This document shows positions 1-15,646 of a stretch of DNA of 64,000 bases, piece by piece. Position numbers and translations under genes: made by a program. This DNA is from Lobosporangium transversale (lineage: Eukaryota), in contig NW_019029013.1 of the NCBI RefSeq assembly GCF_002105155.1, positions 186,001-250,000 on the forward strand. The letters run 5' to 3'. Within the stretch, counting starts at the first letter, position 1. Every line of letters begins with the position of its first letter. The notes under the pieces are model-generated. The model was not told the DNA's origin. It ran no database searches and saw only the letters and a list, made by a program, of their open reading frames with translations.

Positions 1-209
1 AAGCGTCTTTTCCATAATCTCTGGGAGAACAGTGCAGTTGCTCACGCCATTTATCATCTCAACAAGTATATTCATACATACATGACGGAAGAGCAACTAA
101 ACAAGAAGTTTTTTGGGGGAAAATGGGAAAGAGGTAAATATCAATAGAGATGGCAATGCCATGTGGCAATGAAAAGTGCCTTGGCTCATGATTTTTGCTA
201 ATCATCTCA

Positions 210-212
<3 letters not shown>
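1..212 (-). other. Possible 5' part of a spliced gene running off the window start
   Basis: Minus strand shows a GTGAGA donor (~210), a TTTAG acceptor, a 15-nt micro-exon 82-96 (LLFRH if phase 0), a GTATGT donor at 81, a CCCAG acceptor at 21-23, then RLWKRR. Too short to identify. Confidence 0.3.
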
Positions 213-250
<38 letters not shown>

Positions 251-1623
251 ACCAAGCAGTAGTAGATAATTAAAAATTGTGTGTGCAATCAATAAAACTA
301 TGTTGATCAAAAGATTTTTTGACGAAAACTTTTTTATTTTTGACAAGCCAATGCCGCTGTGGCTAAAAAAAAGGAGGGTAGCGCATTGACGCGTCTAATA
401 CCTCCAAGGGATGCTCCAAAAAAAAAAAAAAAAAAAAAAAAAGACAAGAGGGTGCACACATACTCAAGTAGAAGTATCGATATACTTTGTCGATAGGAAT
501 CCACCTAAAAGTCACATCCCTCAAGCCAACATCCTGCTAAGCTTGGCATAGAAATAACGTGACATCTTCAATTACCTATGTATACATATATCTATACTGC
601 TACCTTCACCCAGCCAACAGCGTAAGGAAATAAACATTGATGCAAGGGACGATCGAACGGTAAAAACCTTTTCAGAAGTGGGATGGCATTTCCTTAAAAA
701 AAATTGCATCATATTCAATGATAGAAATGCAGATCTCAAAAGTGGATATTTTCGGACGCGGAGTGAGGGATTGTTTTTTTCAGCTTATTTACTTCCCATC
801 AAAAGAGCAATCAAGTCGCCCTGTAGTATTTAGTATTTAGAAGTAATGGTAAAAGTCACTGCAATAGACTATTAGTCCCATGATCTCCTGAAGAGCACGA
901 CAGGAGCATAACTTTCAAGATAGTAACCACAGAACAATTTTATTCACCAATGAGCATGTAGGCTGTCATAGTATGAGTAGTCCCAACCAATTTTTGTTTC
1001 GCTGGTGGTTATCTTCACCTGGAAAGGAGCCGATTTAATTTTGTATGAATTATATTTCTCTAAATAGTTTACATGGGCAGCCATTAACTCCTTGTATTAT
1101 TTGTCCGGACATGCTTTGTCCCATCAATTCTTGTCGATTAATATCCATAGACTTATTGAAGAAAAAAAAAGCCACTGTACGAATTGACTACAGACACAGT
1201 GGGATGACATTAAGAGAAAGAGAAGGGCTACGAAGGTGAAGACTTAATCGGGGATTAACTAATCGGATTAACTAATTGCTGTTCAAAATTGCTGAAGATT
1301 GGATGCCAACAATTTTATATCCGCATAAGATTTTTGGTCTTTAAAGTCCGGAGTGCATCATCAAAACTATATACATACAGTATTGCTTTTCAATACGTTT
1401 TTGATAGCTCTTTACTAATCAATGCTCTTCGTTCTATACTCCAAGACTGCCTCTATCAGAATCCTGGTGAATATTACACGCTTGGAGCATGTATAAATTA
1501 TCTGTCTGAAGATGCGTCAGATCATATTTGTAATCACAGGAATAAAATAAACCCTAGTCTATTCTCTAGTTCCTTAGAATCATAAGGATCAGTCAGCTGG
1601 ATACTCCTATCCTTTCTGTGAAG

Positions 1624-1654
<31 letters not shown>

Positions 1655-2328
1655 TGGGATCCAAAACGAACTTGATAAGGCAGAGAGCACCGGCTCCTGA
1701 AAAGGGTGGAGGGACGGCATAAGCGGACGGCCTTGGTTTCGGATGAGTCGGCGAAGCTGATGGACATAAACTACGGCCGTGGTCAAGTGCTTGTTGAAAG
1801 CTGTCAAACGAATGATAATTATATGTTCATACTCGAGACAACTAGATAGGATTATTGAGCTGCTCCATGGCTTAGTTGCTTGCGAACAGTTATATCTAAA
1901 GGATCCACATGAAGAATCTACGGAAAAAAACTCAGTAAGAACTATCGATTCCGCCCATGTTTGTTGGAAACTTGAATTCACGTGTGCTCTTTTTGTTCCT
2001 GAAAAGAAAGTTAGTTATTAGGTTAATAGGAGTGTCTTTAGAAAGTAGAAATTGCTCACAATCCAACTTTGTTCTTTGGAATGCAAGGCGCAAAGGCTCC
2101 TAATAACATGCAGAATGCTTATGAAAAGAGAGAATGTTGAATGTGAACAAGCTTCATGCCTTCATCATACTTGACCTCCCTTGCTCCCTACACCTTCTTT
2201 CTTCCCTTTTTACCAGAATCCTAAAATATATTCGACACTACAGAGAGGCACACTGGATTTTTTTTTTACAGGAATCGGACATTGCAAAGGGACATTAGCA
2301 TCATTTACACTAATTCATCAGATTCATC

Positions 2329-3374
2329 ATGTCGTTCGGGCCACAAACCGGTTTTCTGAAAGGAGACTTTATTATGTCTACACTTCTTGCTATCCTGGGT
2401 TTCATTGTATTGGGATCAATGGCCAAGAACAGTTGGTGGGAGTATGGATCCTTTATTCTATTTCTTGTCCCATGCTGTCGTTATAAACAAGGGTTTAAGG
2501 AACAAGAGTCTAACAAAGTTTTCATATATATAATGTATCTTGCAGAATTCTGCCAGGTCAGAGTGTTTGTCTACTTCTCGGTAATCCTCGGGAATTAAAA
2601 TTCCATTCATCAGCCTGTGTGTTTACAGTCTTTGTGGGGTATGCAAAATGATCTGTGTTATGGCTCGAAGAAACTCAATAGGCTTCATCCAACTCACTTT
2701 TTATTACAACAATTATTTATTGTCACACAGCTTCATGATTGCAGCCGGAGGAATAGGCTTGTTTTCAATGGATTATGTCACCTGGAAGAGATCAGAGCGT
2801 TTCAAGGGCAGGCGTGCCTCCATCGCAGTATGCTCCTATTGCATTTTTAATTTTAAGACGACCCGAACGTCCTTTTTTTGTTGGTCATAACGTTTTCTTT
2901 CCTTCTCTTTATCATACTAGGCATTGTTGATTTCTCCAATCATGTCATTCTTTTCCTTTTCTACTGCCATTGTTATTGGAACGGGCATCACCAAATTTTG
3001 CAACAACTTTGATGTCAATGGTCACTCGAGGCCTGATATCTGTCATGCTGCCAGTAAGGATAAATCCCAATATTATCTGAGTATTTGAACTTAATTAGCT
3101 GTAAAATGGTTGTAGTCTACTCGCTTTTACTTGACTTTTACTTTTTTTTTCTAGTTACGAATTTGGCAGGTTTGAAGACTGGAGTCGGTGCAGCTACCCT
3201 AGCTGGCTTCTTGTTTACACTTTACGGATTCAGTGAATATGCTCAGTACCGACGCCGCCATATCAATGGTGACAAGGTAAAGGAAATCAACATGCCCGTA
3301 TACCATCGGTCCAATCCTATTCCAATACAAAGATGTTTTACTAACAGACGTTTATTTTTAAATACCAGTGGTAA
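2329..3374 (+). CDS. Four-pass membrane protein, TMEM179/MARVEL-like, ~187 aa, 6 exons
   Basis: Exons 2329-2441, 2546-2638, 2731-2827, 2921-3053, 3155-3276 and 3369-3374 join in frame through GT-AG introns. Product has four hydrophobic segments with Cys pairs in both putative outer loops (VCLLL...SACVFTVFVG; TKFCNN...DICH). Family label is inference. Confidence 0.75.
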
Positions 3375-4705
3375 ATTATACCTCGTCTTTTATAAATTAT
3401 TAGAATCATAGAAAAAAATCACGACAATCGCTTAATAGACCCCAATTAAAGGACACAGTATATTATAGTTAACACACATTCTATTGTCTAGACAGTTCAT
3501 CAACATATCTACATTGAAAGGCCTTTGTTATCTGCCCTATCTCCCTTTTCTCTTTCTATTTTTCTCCTTTTATTAATACCTAGAACTGTGAATATAATCT
3601 GTCCTACGATATGTATTTATTTTTAGGCACATTAAAAAATGACTTGCTGTACTACATGTCCAATTGAACTTTGGATCTGATCAATTTCAGCAGACGTCGG
3701 AGTTTAACAGCTCCAACCGCAACGCATGCCATCGCGAGAGATAGAAAATGTCGCGTTGTCATTTAGTTTTTGAGACGCGCTTTTTCTTTTCTCTTTTTTC
3801 CTTTTTATATTTTATGTACAATTGACCCATATCTCATCTGCCCAAGTTGAACAAATGAAGCGAAAGGCTTAAGTGAGCTTATTCCAGCCTGCTCAAAGTT
3901 GTTAAAATGAGGAAGGAAGCAAAGGCTTTTCTTGAAACGCTTCATTTGTGGCAAACACAAGTTTAAATAGTTAGATGTTTAGTTGTGAGATAATAAATCC
4001 TTAGCTATGGTATTTTAACCATTTAAAGGCTCGCTTAAAGCCTTTTTAAGCAGACAAATTCATAAAATATCTGTAGGAGGCACTAATATAGATTGAGGTA
4101 CATTTATTCCATGGATAAGAGAGAATTATTGAGAGAGCTAGAGTGCCGAACCATAAAATAATAACGGTAATTATGTATATAAAAAAAAAGGATGACTCCA
4201 ATGAAGCAGCTATATAGGGACAACACCGATGGCTCCGTTGTACCAGTGTTCGTTGTGTCTATCATTGAGATTAAATTATAATCATCAGCTTGGCATAAAA
4301 CAAGTCAGCCGTTAGGGGAAACAGACCATTATTTCTTCTCAGATAGGGCTACCTTTCGGTCCAATTTAAACTCTGGATTGACATGAATAAAGAATATATA
4401 AACGAGTAGTGCTGAGAGTATCATTGCTTGGGGTCCGCTTGATTGATGTACACCACAAAGCACTTTTATTAATATAGATACTGATTGATGGGGAAGTTGT
4501 ACAGATTAAAAAGCCTCATGATTGAAGATAACTAGGCTTTTTTTTTTCTGCTTGGTGATGTGAATAAATAAAGTGTTTTTGGATCACTCTCTTTTCCTCC
4601 TCTTACTCATTCATTTTCTTCCTTCATTATCTTTTAACTGCTTACATTGGCTTTTTGCTTCTTGCTGGACGCTCATCATTTACTTACTCTCACATACGGC
4701 TCGAT

Positions 4706-6047
4706 ATGACTTCATTTACACTTAAAGAGGGCCACGACACGGTTCTTCCTATTGTTTGTAATGAGCTTACGGAATCTGGCCCTGGATCGATGGTTTCATG
4801 TGCCATCAACACTATACACAAGTTAACTTTAACCTTGGTTCGACGGGATGCGCACCTCGTGGTGAATGTCCATATCGCCAAGGAAGTGTGTCAGAAGTGT
4901 AATGATGGCAAATATATCATTCCCTATGAATCCATGCACATCGTTTCGCATAGAAATTCCATGAGACCCTTTCGTAGCGTTTACATGAAAGCGAATGAAT
5001 TTTACAAAGATGGTGTTAAAGGTAAAGCATATGAGCGCAACACACACATTGGTATTAAATACATCAGTCCATATCAGTGTTAGAGTCGAAAATACTAATA
5101 AATTAGCAATGATAAAAAAAAAAAAAAAAAAAGTTTCGTTTCCCGTCAATAGTGTGCTTTATAAAGGCCAATATCGCTTTGACATAGTCCTTTCAACGGA
5201 AACGAGCCGGTTGAGCAGGCTCATGATGGGAGATCTGAAGTATCCACAGGCTCTTTCCAAACATCGCGAGATTATGTTAACTTTACTTCGAGATACCAAT
5301 ACCCTCGACACGTGCTTTACTTTTAAATCGGACAAAGTTTCTTCTGACGTTGAGCTCTGGGCACACCGATCCATCCTGTGCAGATACAAACCTTTTGTCG
5401 ACATTATTAAAAGAGTCCCCAAGCCTACCAAGCTATCCTGGATAAAAGATACTAATGATATGAGAACAACCGAGGAAACATTGTATAGCACCTGTTCGAC
5501 TGAGACCAATGAAAACTTCGATAACAACCCGAGCGATTTCGCTGTAGTGGTTGTGCAAAAGTTTTCTGCAGCTACGATCTGCGCCATGCTATTATACATT
5601 TATACTGGAGAGGTTAATCTTGCTGTTGACACTGGTAAATTTGCCATCAGCAAGGGCAACAGTTGCTTGAGGGTCAGCAGTTCTCAAGGACAATACGCCA
5701 AAGCCATTGCACCACATTCTTTAGAGTCAGACGTGGTCTGGGGTTTTAAGGATGCGACATGGGCGGAGTTATTGGCCGCAGCGGAGGAATATGGTGTGGC
5801 GGATCTTAAAGAACGCTGTGAGCGAGAAATATGCGATGACATCAATGAGTCGAATGCTTTTGAGCTCTTGTTCAAAGTGGGTACTCGGTTCGAAGAGGTC
5901 AAGAATTCAGTCATTGCCTATATCGTGTTCAACATGGATTCGATGTTTCCAAAAGACAGCGATCCATTTGCTCCCTACAAGGATCATCCTTCCTGTCATG
6001 ACATGATGCTGGAAGTGATGCGTCAACGAGCCGAGTATGACCCCTAA
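4706..6047 (+). CDS. BTB/POZ domain protein with MATH-like N-terminal domain (paralog A)
   Basis: Exon 4706-5021, phase-1 intron, exon 5134-6047. BTB hallmarks: DTCFTF, WAHRSILC, MLLYIYTG, LLAAAEEYGVADLKERC. N-terminus clearly homologous to the gene at 32674-33997. Confidence 0.85.
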
Positions 6048-6416
6048 AACATCATGCTATTCCAGGAGCTAGGCATCATTTTACGTACTATATCTCTTAT
6101 ATCATTACTATGATCTTCATATTGCTTCTTTTGCTTCATAAATCTGCCTGAATCTGGTCTAGTTTCACCTTATCCACATCTAAACATTGGCTAATAAATC
6201 GAATTTGGATTGACGGGTTTTGTTTGAAAGTTAAAAAGTTTAATTTTTAATATGCGCTCAGGGTCTATCAGTTGCTCTTGCAGGGGCTATTAAACATCAT
6301 TGCTACCAACACAACGAGCATTTGTCCGTCCTAGTCTCTTCTTTTTTTTCTCTTAATTCCCCTACTTTTTTTCCTTCATCCTTTTTGCCTTCTTCTTTAC
6401 TGACGCAGAAATAGCT

Positions 6417-8595
<2,179 letters not shown>

Positions 8596-9829
8596 GATAG
8601 AAAGAAGGAAGACGAATGAAGATGGAGGGAATTGAAGATAAGGCGAAGCTGTGTGAAAGGATGTGGATGAGAGTGAGAATGTGTTGTAATTAGCCCAGGA
8701 TTCGTTACCATAACCGTCCAGGGCAAATTTGCGCGATGTGCGCTTTTGCAGGATTATTAAGGGCGCTGAAATGCTGGAAATAGCTCTTGGAATTAAGTAG
8801 CAACTGAATCGCGTTAAAGAAAAAATTGTAGCCTGTTTTACCACACTGAGTCTCACTTTCACATGAAGAGAACCAATCCCAACAAAAAAAAATCTAGTCC
8901 ACTGTCATTCAGAGAAAAAAGGGGGCTAAACGCCAACGTGGTGAGATCGAGATGCAACCCCATGCGATAAATGCAAAATATAAAACATACACACAGACAT
9001 AAATTCCATTCGCCTTCACCCCACACAACAACACAGGAACCTGAACTTGCATCCAACTCTTTTCTTAGTGTATCAAACATATGGTCAGAGTATTTGAAAC
9101 AGTACACAGTTTAGAAGTAGACTTGATAGAGATTGATGAAAAATTAAACTCTCTATCGAAGACAAACTTGTTGACTGATTGTGGCCTTCATGGTTGACAC
9201 ACATTCTATCTCAATGAGCTTGTAAATAGATGGCTGTCCATCGCATCTCATCATTAGACCAGTTTAGTATAAATATATTTATGTAACTGTTGTGAGAACA
9301 TATTTTGCATGTTATTATTGCGTATTCTTGGGGTTGAGATTTTTATAAAGCGACATGTGTTGTGTGGAACAAGAATCATGCACAACAAACACCAAATCAA
9401 TTTTTTTTTTACTCTCTCCACATCCTCGTCTTTTCACACTTCTCCACGCAAGACACCATTTTTTTCTCTTCTTCTCACTGTCCTAGTGATTGTTCAACAA
9501 ACTACTCTACTCATTCTCTACTCACTCACTTCCGTTTTCAACATATAATCGCTTGTTCATTTTATTACTATACCCTTCTCATCTTTCTCTACTACATTCC
9601 ATTCACACTAATCGTCAGCCATTTCAGTCACCCCATAGAATTACTCTCTCACTGATCAACCCCACTAACTCCCTGCATTTAAGAGAACATTCATCACACT
9701 CTCACTCATTACAGCTGGCTCTCTCATTCCCTGCTTCACTGCTACACTTATTTATATTAAACCCTCTTTCAAATTAGTGGTTATTTATCTGCCTCACATT
9801 CCCTTCCTGAGTGTTGAGCTATTGACATT

Positions 9830-12178
9830 ATGATGCCTTATAATGGGTAAACCCTTTTTTCTTCCCTTCTAATTTCGCTCATTTGCCTTTAAAGAGTGTA
9901 TTGTCTAATTCTTTTTCTGTCCTCTATACCCTATACTTCTACATCAATTTCATATTATCTTGTACTACTTCTGTCTTTTGTCACTCTCTTCTCAACCACT
10001 ACCTTCCTCCCAATCATTGAAACATCATTGTGCATTAATTTAGATTTCGAGTCAACATCACGGGCATTCCGTTGCAAGGAGCCAAGTCAAGGGTTGAGAC
10101 ACAGATCAAGCTCGGAATTCAACTTGTAAATCAGCAGAATGATCCCGTCGGAGGTTGGACTCACATCAAGCTACCAGAGTACATGGTAGCGAAAGAGAAG
10201 AATAAACGCATCAACGCAAAGAATCTCGGTAAGTGGCCGTGTATTGTGTGTGTCACAAGAGCACATGATTTTTTATTTTATAATTGTCTGCCCTATTCAA
10301 CCCAACAAAAAAGGTCCCGTCTGTGCTTAAAAAAAAGAGATTAATTGCTTATTGGTCGACCCATTTTAACGATTTACTTGTACAATAGGCCCTGGAGTCT
10401 ACGAAGCATTGAACAATGGAACATGTCTAAATCTTGAGGCTTCTGTTGTGTGTCACAGTGACAAGAGCAAGGTCATTCAGACATGTGTAGGATGTGTGCT
10501 CCGCGAACGCAAAAGGGCGCTACGCAAAAAGAGTCTTGGCAAAAAGAAGAACAGTATAGTTGCTGGCCCTGCACCCATTGATGATGATGATCCAGAGCAG
10601 ATTGCCCTTGAACAGCGCAAGATCTTACTTTTCAACTGCACCGAGATTGCAGAGTTCAACTCGGGTGAACTGATCTTGCCAACCCGTATCACTTGCTACT
10701 GCAGGCATCACAGTGAAAAGCAAGGATTCTGTATCCAATTTTTCCTTCGAGATTATGCAAACAACATTGTTGCTACCGGTATCTCGCCCCCGATCATGAT
10801 TACAGATGATCACAAAGCCTCCAAGGTTAAAAAAGCAGAACAAGGCGATGCTGGTGTACAGCAAAAGGCTGCTCCCAAGAAGGCTTCAGACCCATCTAAC
10901 AAAGTCGTCACTCTCACACCGCCCAGTTCCCCAACTACACCAGGAGAAGAGGTCGAGAGCGATGTGGACATGGGCACAGGACATGAGGGGGATGAGGAAG
11001 AGGAGGAATCTGAAGAGTCTGAGATGGATTCCTCGTCTTCCAATGCGTCGCCATCTCCGCTTCAAGCATCAATGGACATCAATCACTATGATCCCAATAA
11101 TGTTTCTATAGTCGACCTCATCTCTCAGTTCTCACAATCAGATGATGTCCGCCAAGTACCATCGCCATCATCACCTATTACGCCTACAGAGCGCGTGTCA
11201 CAGGCTAGCCAAACAACTCCCTCATCAGATTATCCTTCATCTACATTTGATGGACAGCAACGTCAGATCCATTCCATGAATAGCTTTATTTATACCTCTA
11301 ATAACGATAGGATGGTACCGGAGCAGTTAGTTGACATCCCTATATCACTGGTCCCACCGATGACCTCACCACTTGCTCAGCTTAGGGATCATATGAACCA
11401 GCCATGCCAGTTGCAACAGGAACAGGAGCGGCAGATGCAGCAGCACCAACAGCAACAGCTTCAGCAGCAACACCTCCAGTTCCAACAGTTGCAGCAGCAG
11501 GCTCTCTTCCCAGAAACATTCAATAATACCGCTAATATTACTCCGTCGCCTATCGCTCGACGCACAAGCACATCAGGCGGTGTTGGTCCAGTCCGACGCC
11601 GACGCGCCCCCACAACAAACAATCCTTTGGCTTCCTCTGTTAACCAGCCTTCATTGGCCTCACCCATCACACCCAATCCTCTCGCCGCTGCAGCGTCATC
11701 CGTCCTCTCTCCTACATCCATGCCTTCTATTCTAGGTTTGTCTTCTACATTGGCTATGGTTCCTTCAGGATTTATTGTCCCTAGAATGACAAGGTTGATT
11801 CCTAACCAGGGACCATGTTTTGGCGGCATTGAGGTGACGATTTTGGGCGCAAACTTTTATGCGGGATTGACAGCAATGTTTGACGCCACACCGGCACTTC
11901 CCACACAGTTCTGGTCAACCAACACTTTGATCTGCATTCTCCCTCCACGAATTCAACCCGGAACAACTGTGGTTACATTTAAGGAGCATCCGGCCATCAC
12001 AATGCCCCAGGCAGGGGATGTCAGCGAGATGATGCTATTTACGTATGTGGATGAAAGTGACAAGGCGTTGATGGAACTTGCTTTGCAGGTTGTCGGTCTC
12101 AAAATGACCGGTAGACTCGAGGATGCTAGGAATATTGCACTACGTATTGTCGGTAGCCAAGTTGCCAACGGTAATCAA

Positions 12179-12237
<59 letters not shown>

Positions 12238-14032
12238 ACAACAACAACAACAAAACTCTTTGGACTACGCTAATCTCGTCCGAGATTTGATCATGTCTTT
12301 CGGAGGTCAGGAAGTCAATGTTGACTTCCAAGCCGATCTTGAGGATAGGATCCTCATGTTGCTAACAGTGCTTTCGGAGCTGCCTGCCACGAGTCATGGT
12401 CTCATAAATCTTGAACGCCGTGACACTGGACACCGTCTATTGCACTTCGGAGCTATGAAGGGTTTTGAGCGCTTGATCATGACTTTGATTAGGAATCCAG
12501 AAATTGAAATCGATGCTTTAGATATGAACGGCTACAGCGCTTTACACTATGCTTGTTGGCGCGGGGAAATCAAAATAGCAAGGCTGTTGATTGAGGGTGG
12601 CGCCGATGTAATGGTACGAAGCATCCACGGTGTCAGCTGTGTAGATTTGACCGAATTTCACGATGGAAATGTGGCGGCTGAGCTTGTGCAGGCATTGAGA
12701 TCAAGTAATACCTGGGTGGATGCTGGGGCTCAAGAAGTTGATGCTTATGAATCTGCAGATGAGGTCGACGGCGAGTTGGGGGTTGATGAGGAATTGGAGG
12801 CATTGAATGAGATGGATGATGTTGATGATAGTGGTGTATGGCTGGAGCATTTTGCCACAGAGAGTGATGCTTTAGAGGAGGAAGAGGATGAGAACGAGGA
12901 GTCTTTTGATGCATCTAGCGTTGTTGGCTCCGAAATTGAGGATATTGCCTGGATTGGTCGAGGTGAATGGGTCGGTGTTGAGACTTCAGATGAATCCAGC
13001 CTATCAAGTGACAGTGATACGGACAGACAGGAAGAAGACAGGTTGGAAAGTAGTAAAGCGGCTGGAAAGGCAGAAAATGCTGATATTGTGCAGGCTCCCT
13101 CATCTCCTAGCCTTATTCCTATGGCAACGCCTCTAGTCCAAGATACAAAGGAAGCTCAGGCGACAGACATGAACGCGAACTGGTTCCAAAAGACCTTCCA
13201 TCAAATTCAATCTACGTCTTCTAATCTGGACTTTGAACTCTTCAAGACTTTGGACCATATCTTGCCAGAGAAGAGCGCCTTCTTGATGAATATGCCAAGT
13301 ATGCCGACGTCGATTCAAGCCTTCAATGCTTACATGCCTTACAGCTTCAGTGGTAAGCAGGAGGTAGCCTCGAACGAGACGACTGTGGGACACGTCTCGG
13401 AGAAACAAGCATTCAGCCATGAGCGTAGTGCCTCGATCGTTGGTGAGCCTACTTTGGACGAGCAGGCTATCTCACACGAGCTCTACACACTGCACACGGG
13501 ACCAGAAAGTCGGACTATCAGTAACGATATTAACACTGGTACTGGCACTCCTACGAATGTAGCTCCGTGCTCCGAGGAGACACCGAGTCGTTGCGTCTAC
13601 ACGCACCCTTTTTCTGCCGTTAATAGCTATGCTCTTTCAGCCTCGGATTCACACTTTAGCCCATTAACACTGACCACTGCTCCTGGGCCGAACACGGGTG
13701 GTAATACCTCTGTGACATCGCCTCTTAGTAAGGTTCGACGCGTGTATCCACCCATGGGCTCGGAACCACAACAACAGCCGCAAGCTTTGCATGCTGGTGA
13801 ATCATCTGTGGTACGAGGGGGCCGTAGAATCATTACGGAAATTGTTAATAATGGCGCAGTAGTTGGAGGCGCTGCTGTTGCAGAACGGGCTGTTGAGGCT
13901 GTTGGTGAGTACAGACACATTCAAGAATTGAGGGCTCGCTATCATGAAAAGATGAAGCGATTGAAAAAGGATAAGATGCTTTTCCTCTTCTGGGTTCCTG
14001 TTTTGCTTGGTAAGGAAAAGCAAGAGCGATTA

Positions 14033-14064
<32 letters not shown>

Positions 14065-14234
14065 TTCATGTGAGTTTGGCATTGTAAGGTGACCACAAAT
14101 ATATACTAAACTTGTTTTCTTTTTTCTATAATGTAGTGATGCTTGCGTTGACCATTATCAGGATTGCATCAACATTCGATGTAGCCAGACAGTGGACAGG
14201 AGGACTATTGAACCTTGCTGGTATTCAAGTTTAA
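9830..14234 (+). CDS. MGA2: SPT23/MGA2-family ER-membrane transcription factor (IPT/TIG + ankyrin repeats + C-terminal TM helix)
   Basis: Exons 9830-9846, 10044-10228, 10389-14009, 14137-14234. Motifs: KSRVETQIKL, RITCYCRHHSEK, SPPIMITDDHK, IPT domain (LIPNQGPCFGGIEVTILG), LMELALQVVG, ankyrin (GYSALHYAC), TM KDKMLFLFWVPVLL. Confidence 0.93.
12176..12253 (+). repeat. CAA/CAG trinucleotide repeat encoding Q26 in MGA2
   Basis: 78 nt of CAA/CAG codons with a 15-nt higher-order unit (CAGCAACAACAACAG) between the IPT and ankyrin regions. Confidence 0.95.
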
Positions 14235-14738
14235 ACAAACAAAGCGGCAACAGCAACAAAAAAAAAAAAAAAAAAAAAAAAAAAACTTTCACATCTTTTC
14301 ATGTTATATATTCTTGACTAGCCTTCATTTTTAGTCACTGGATATCCCTCTATTTACATTCACCATTATGAACTTTGTTCATTTGTTTCTTTGCGTACTA
14401 TATTATATACACATAATGTCTTTTTTATTTGTACAACTACCGACTCTGATCGAGTCAGTTAAAATAAACCCAAAGTGCTTCCAAGCGAGAATTGTAAGAT
14501 GGATAGGGGGTTACCTAACAGTGCCTGTTGCGCACTTTTTAGCAGATAGCAAAAGAAGATGTTGATGGTCTTCAATGTAGCAAAGATTACAAAGCAAAAA
14601 GAGGTTTGTCTTGTCAAGGAACTGAAATTCCGATCGAGAAAGAGGTAGATGTGATGAGGTTAGGCTTACAAATAAATGTTTTTTTTGTTTTTTTTTCGAG
14701 GGACAAAAAGTTTAAATTATATTCTGCTTTCCCGTCGG

Positions 14739-14764
14739 TCATGGGTTTTCTGCACCTGTAAAAG

Positions 14765-14797
<33 letters not shown>

Positions 14798-15491
14798 CTA
14801 GTCATCAACGCGTGTCCACTTTGATTTGCTGTGCTTTTTATTTTATTTTTTTTTCACTATTATTATTAATAATATACACAATAATACTACAATATGTATG
14901 AAAGGAAGAGATATTGATGTTTTACAATACAAAGTTGGGTGTGGAACGATGCAAACAAAGGGGGGGGGGGGAAAGTGTATGAGACTTGTAAAAAATAGTT
15001 CTGGCATTTGGGCGCAGTGTGGCAGTGACGGCCAAAGGGCAAAGGGTAAAGGATGAAAAAAGTCTCTCTCTCCACCTTTGGCGAAGAAAATAGTCAACTG
15101 GTCACTTTTTTTTTTTTTTTTGGAGGGAAAGGCTGGACTATTGTGGGATGCACACGTTACTCAGGGACAGTTCTTCCTCTATTGAAATAATTATATTTTG
15201 AAATTTAAAAAAAAAAAAAAAAAAAATCTTTAGTCTTAACTACGATCATGAATTCTTTTCTTTGATCGGATACAATAAATCAGCTTAGAGAGAGACATAC
15301 CACTTTGGCGATTGAGAAGTTTGTAATCATAATCGATATGGTTGCGCAAGGTCATAATGACAAGTACAGCCTGGTACAGTGTCTTTAGATGAATAGGAAC
15401 TGACGGAGGTTGTTCAAGGGATTGTTTATGAGATTGAGATGATTTTTGAGAAGAAGATATTTGAATGCGAGTGTGAGTATGGGTTTGAGTT

Positions 15492-15530
<39 letters not shown>

Positions 15531-15646
15531 CGCTTAGTTGATACTACTGCCCATGATGAGGAAGGAGGAGTATTGTGTTTTGGCTTGGTAGTGTCTTCAT
15601 AGATTTGACTGATGAGCTGAAAGGCAAAAGCGAGAAGCGCGAGCAT
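14739..15646 (-). CDS. Putative small spliced gene (120-aa His/Thr-repeat protein or 23-aa micropeptide)
   Basis: TATATAA at ~15668-15677, ORF from 15646, consensus GTATGT donor at 15300, long poly-T plus TACAG acceptor at 14756, giving ...NRQSGAENP*. No recognisable domain. Confidence 0.35.
15477..15530. repeat. (ATGGGT)n hexanucleotide microsatellite
   Basis: About six perfect units plus degenerate units. Confidence 0.9.

Noticed and set aside
1679..1848. GC-richer stretch reading HRLLKRVEGRHKRTALVSDESAKLMDINYGRGQVLVESC... as a pseudogene
   Set aside because: It looks protein-like but I recognise no family or splice context. Needs BLASTx.
15477..15530. Telomere-like repeat
   Set aside because: The unit is ATGGGT rather than TTAGGG, and the tract is short and interstitial like the other hexamer microsatellites here.
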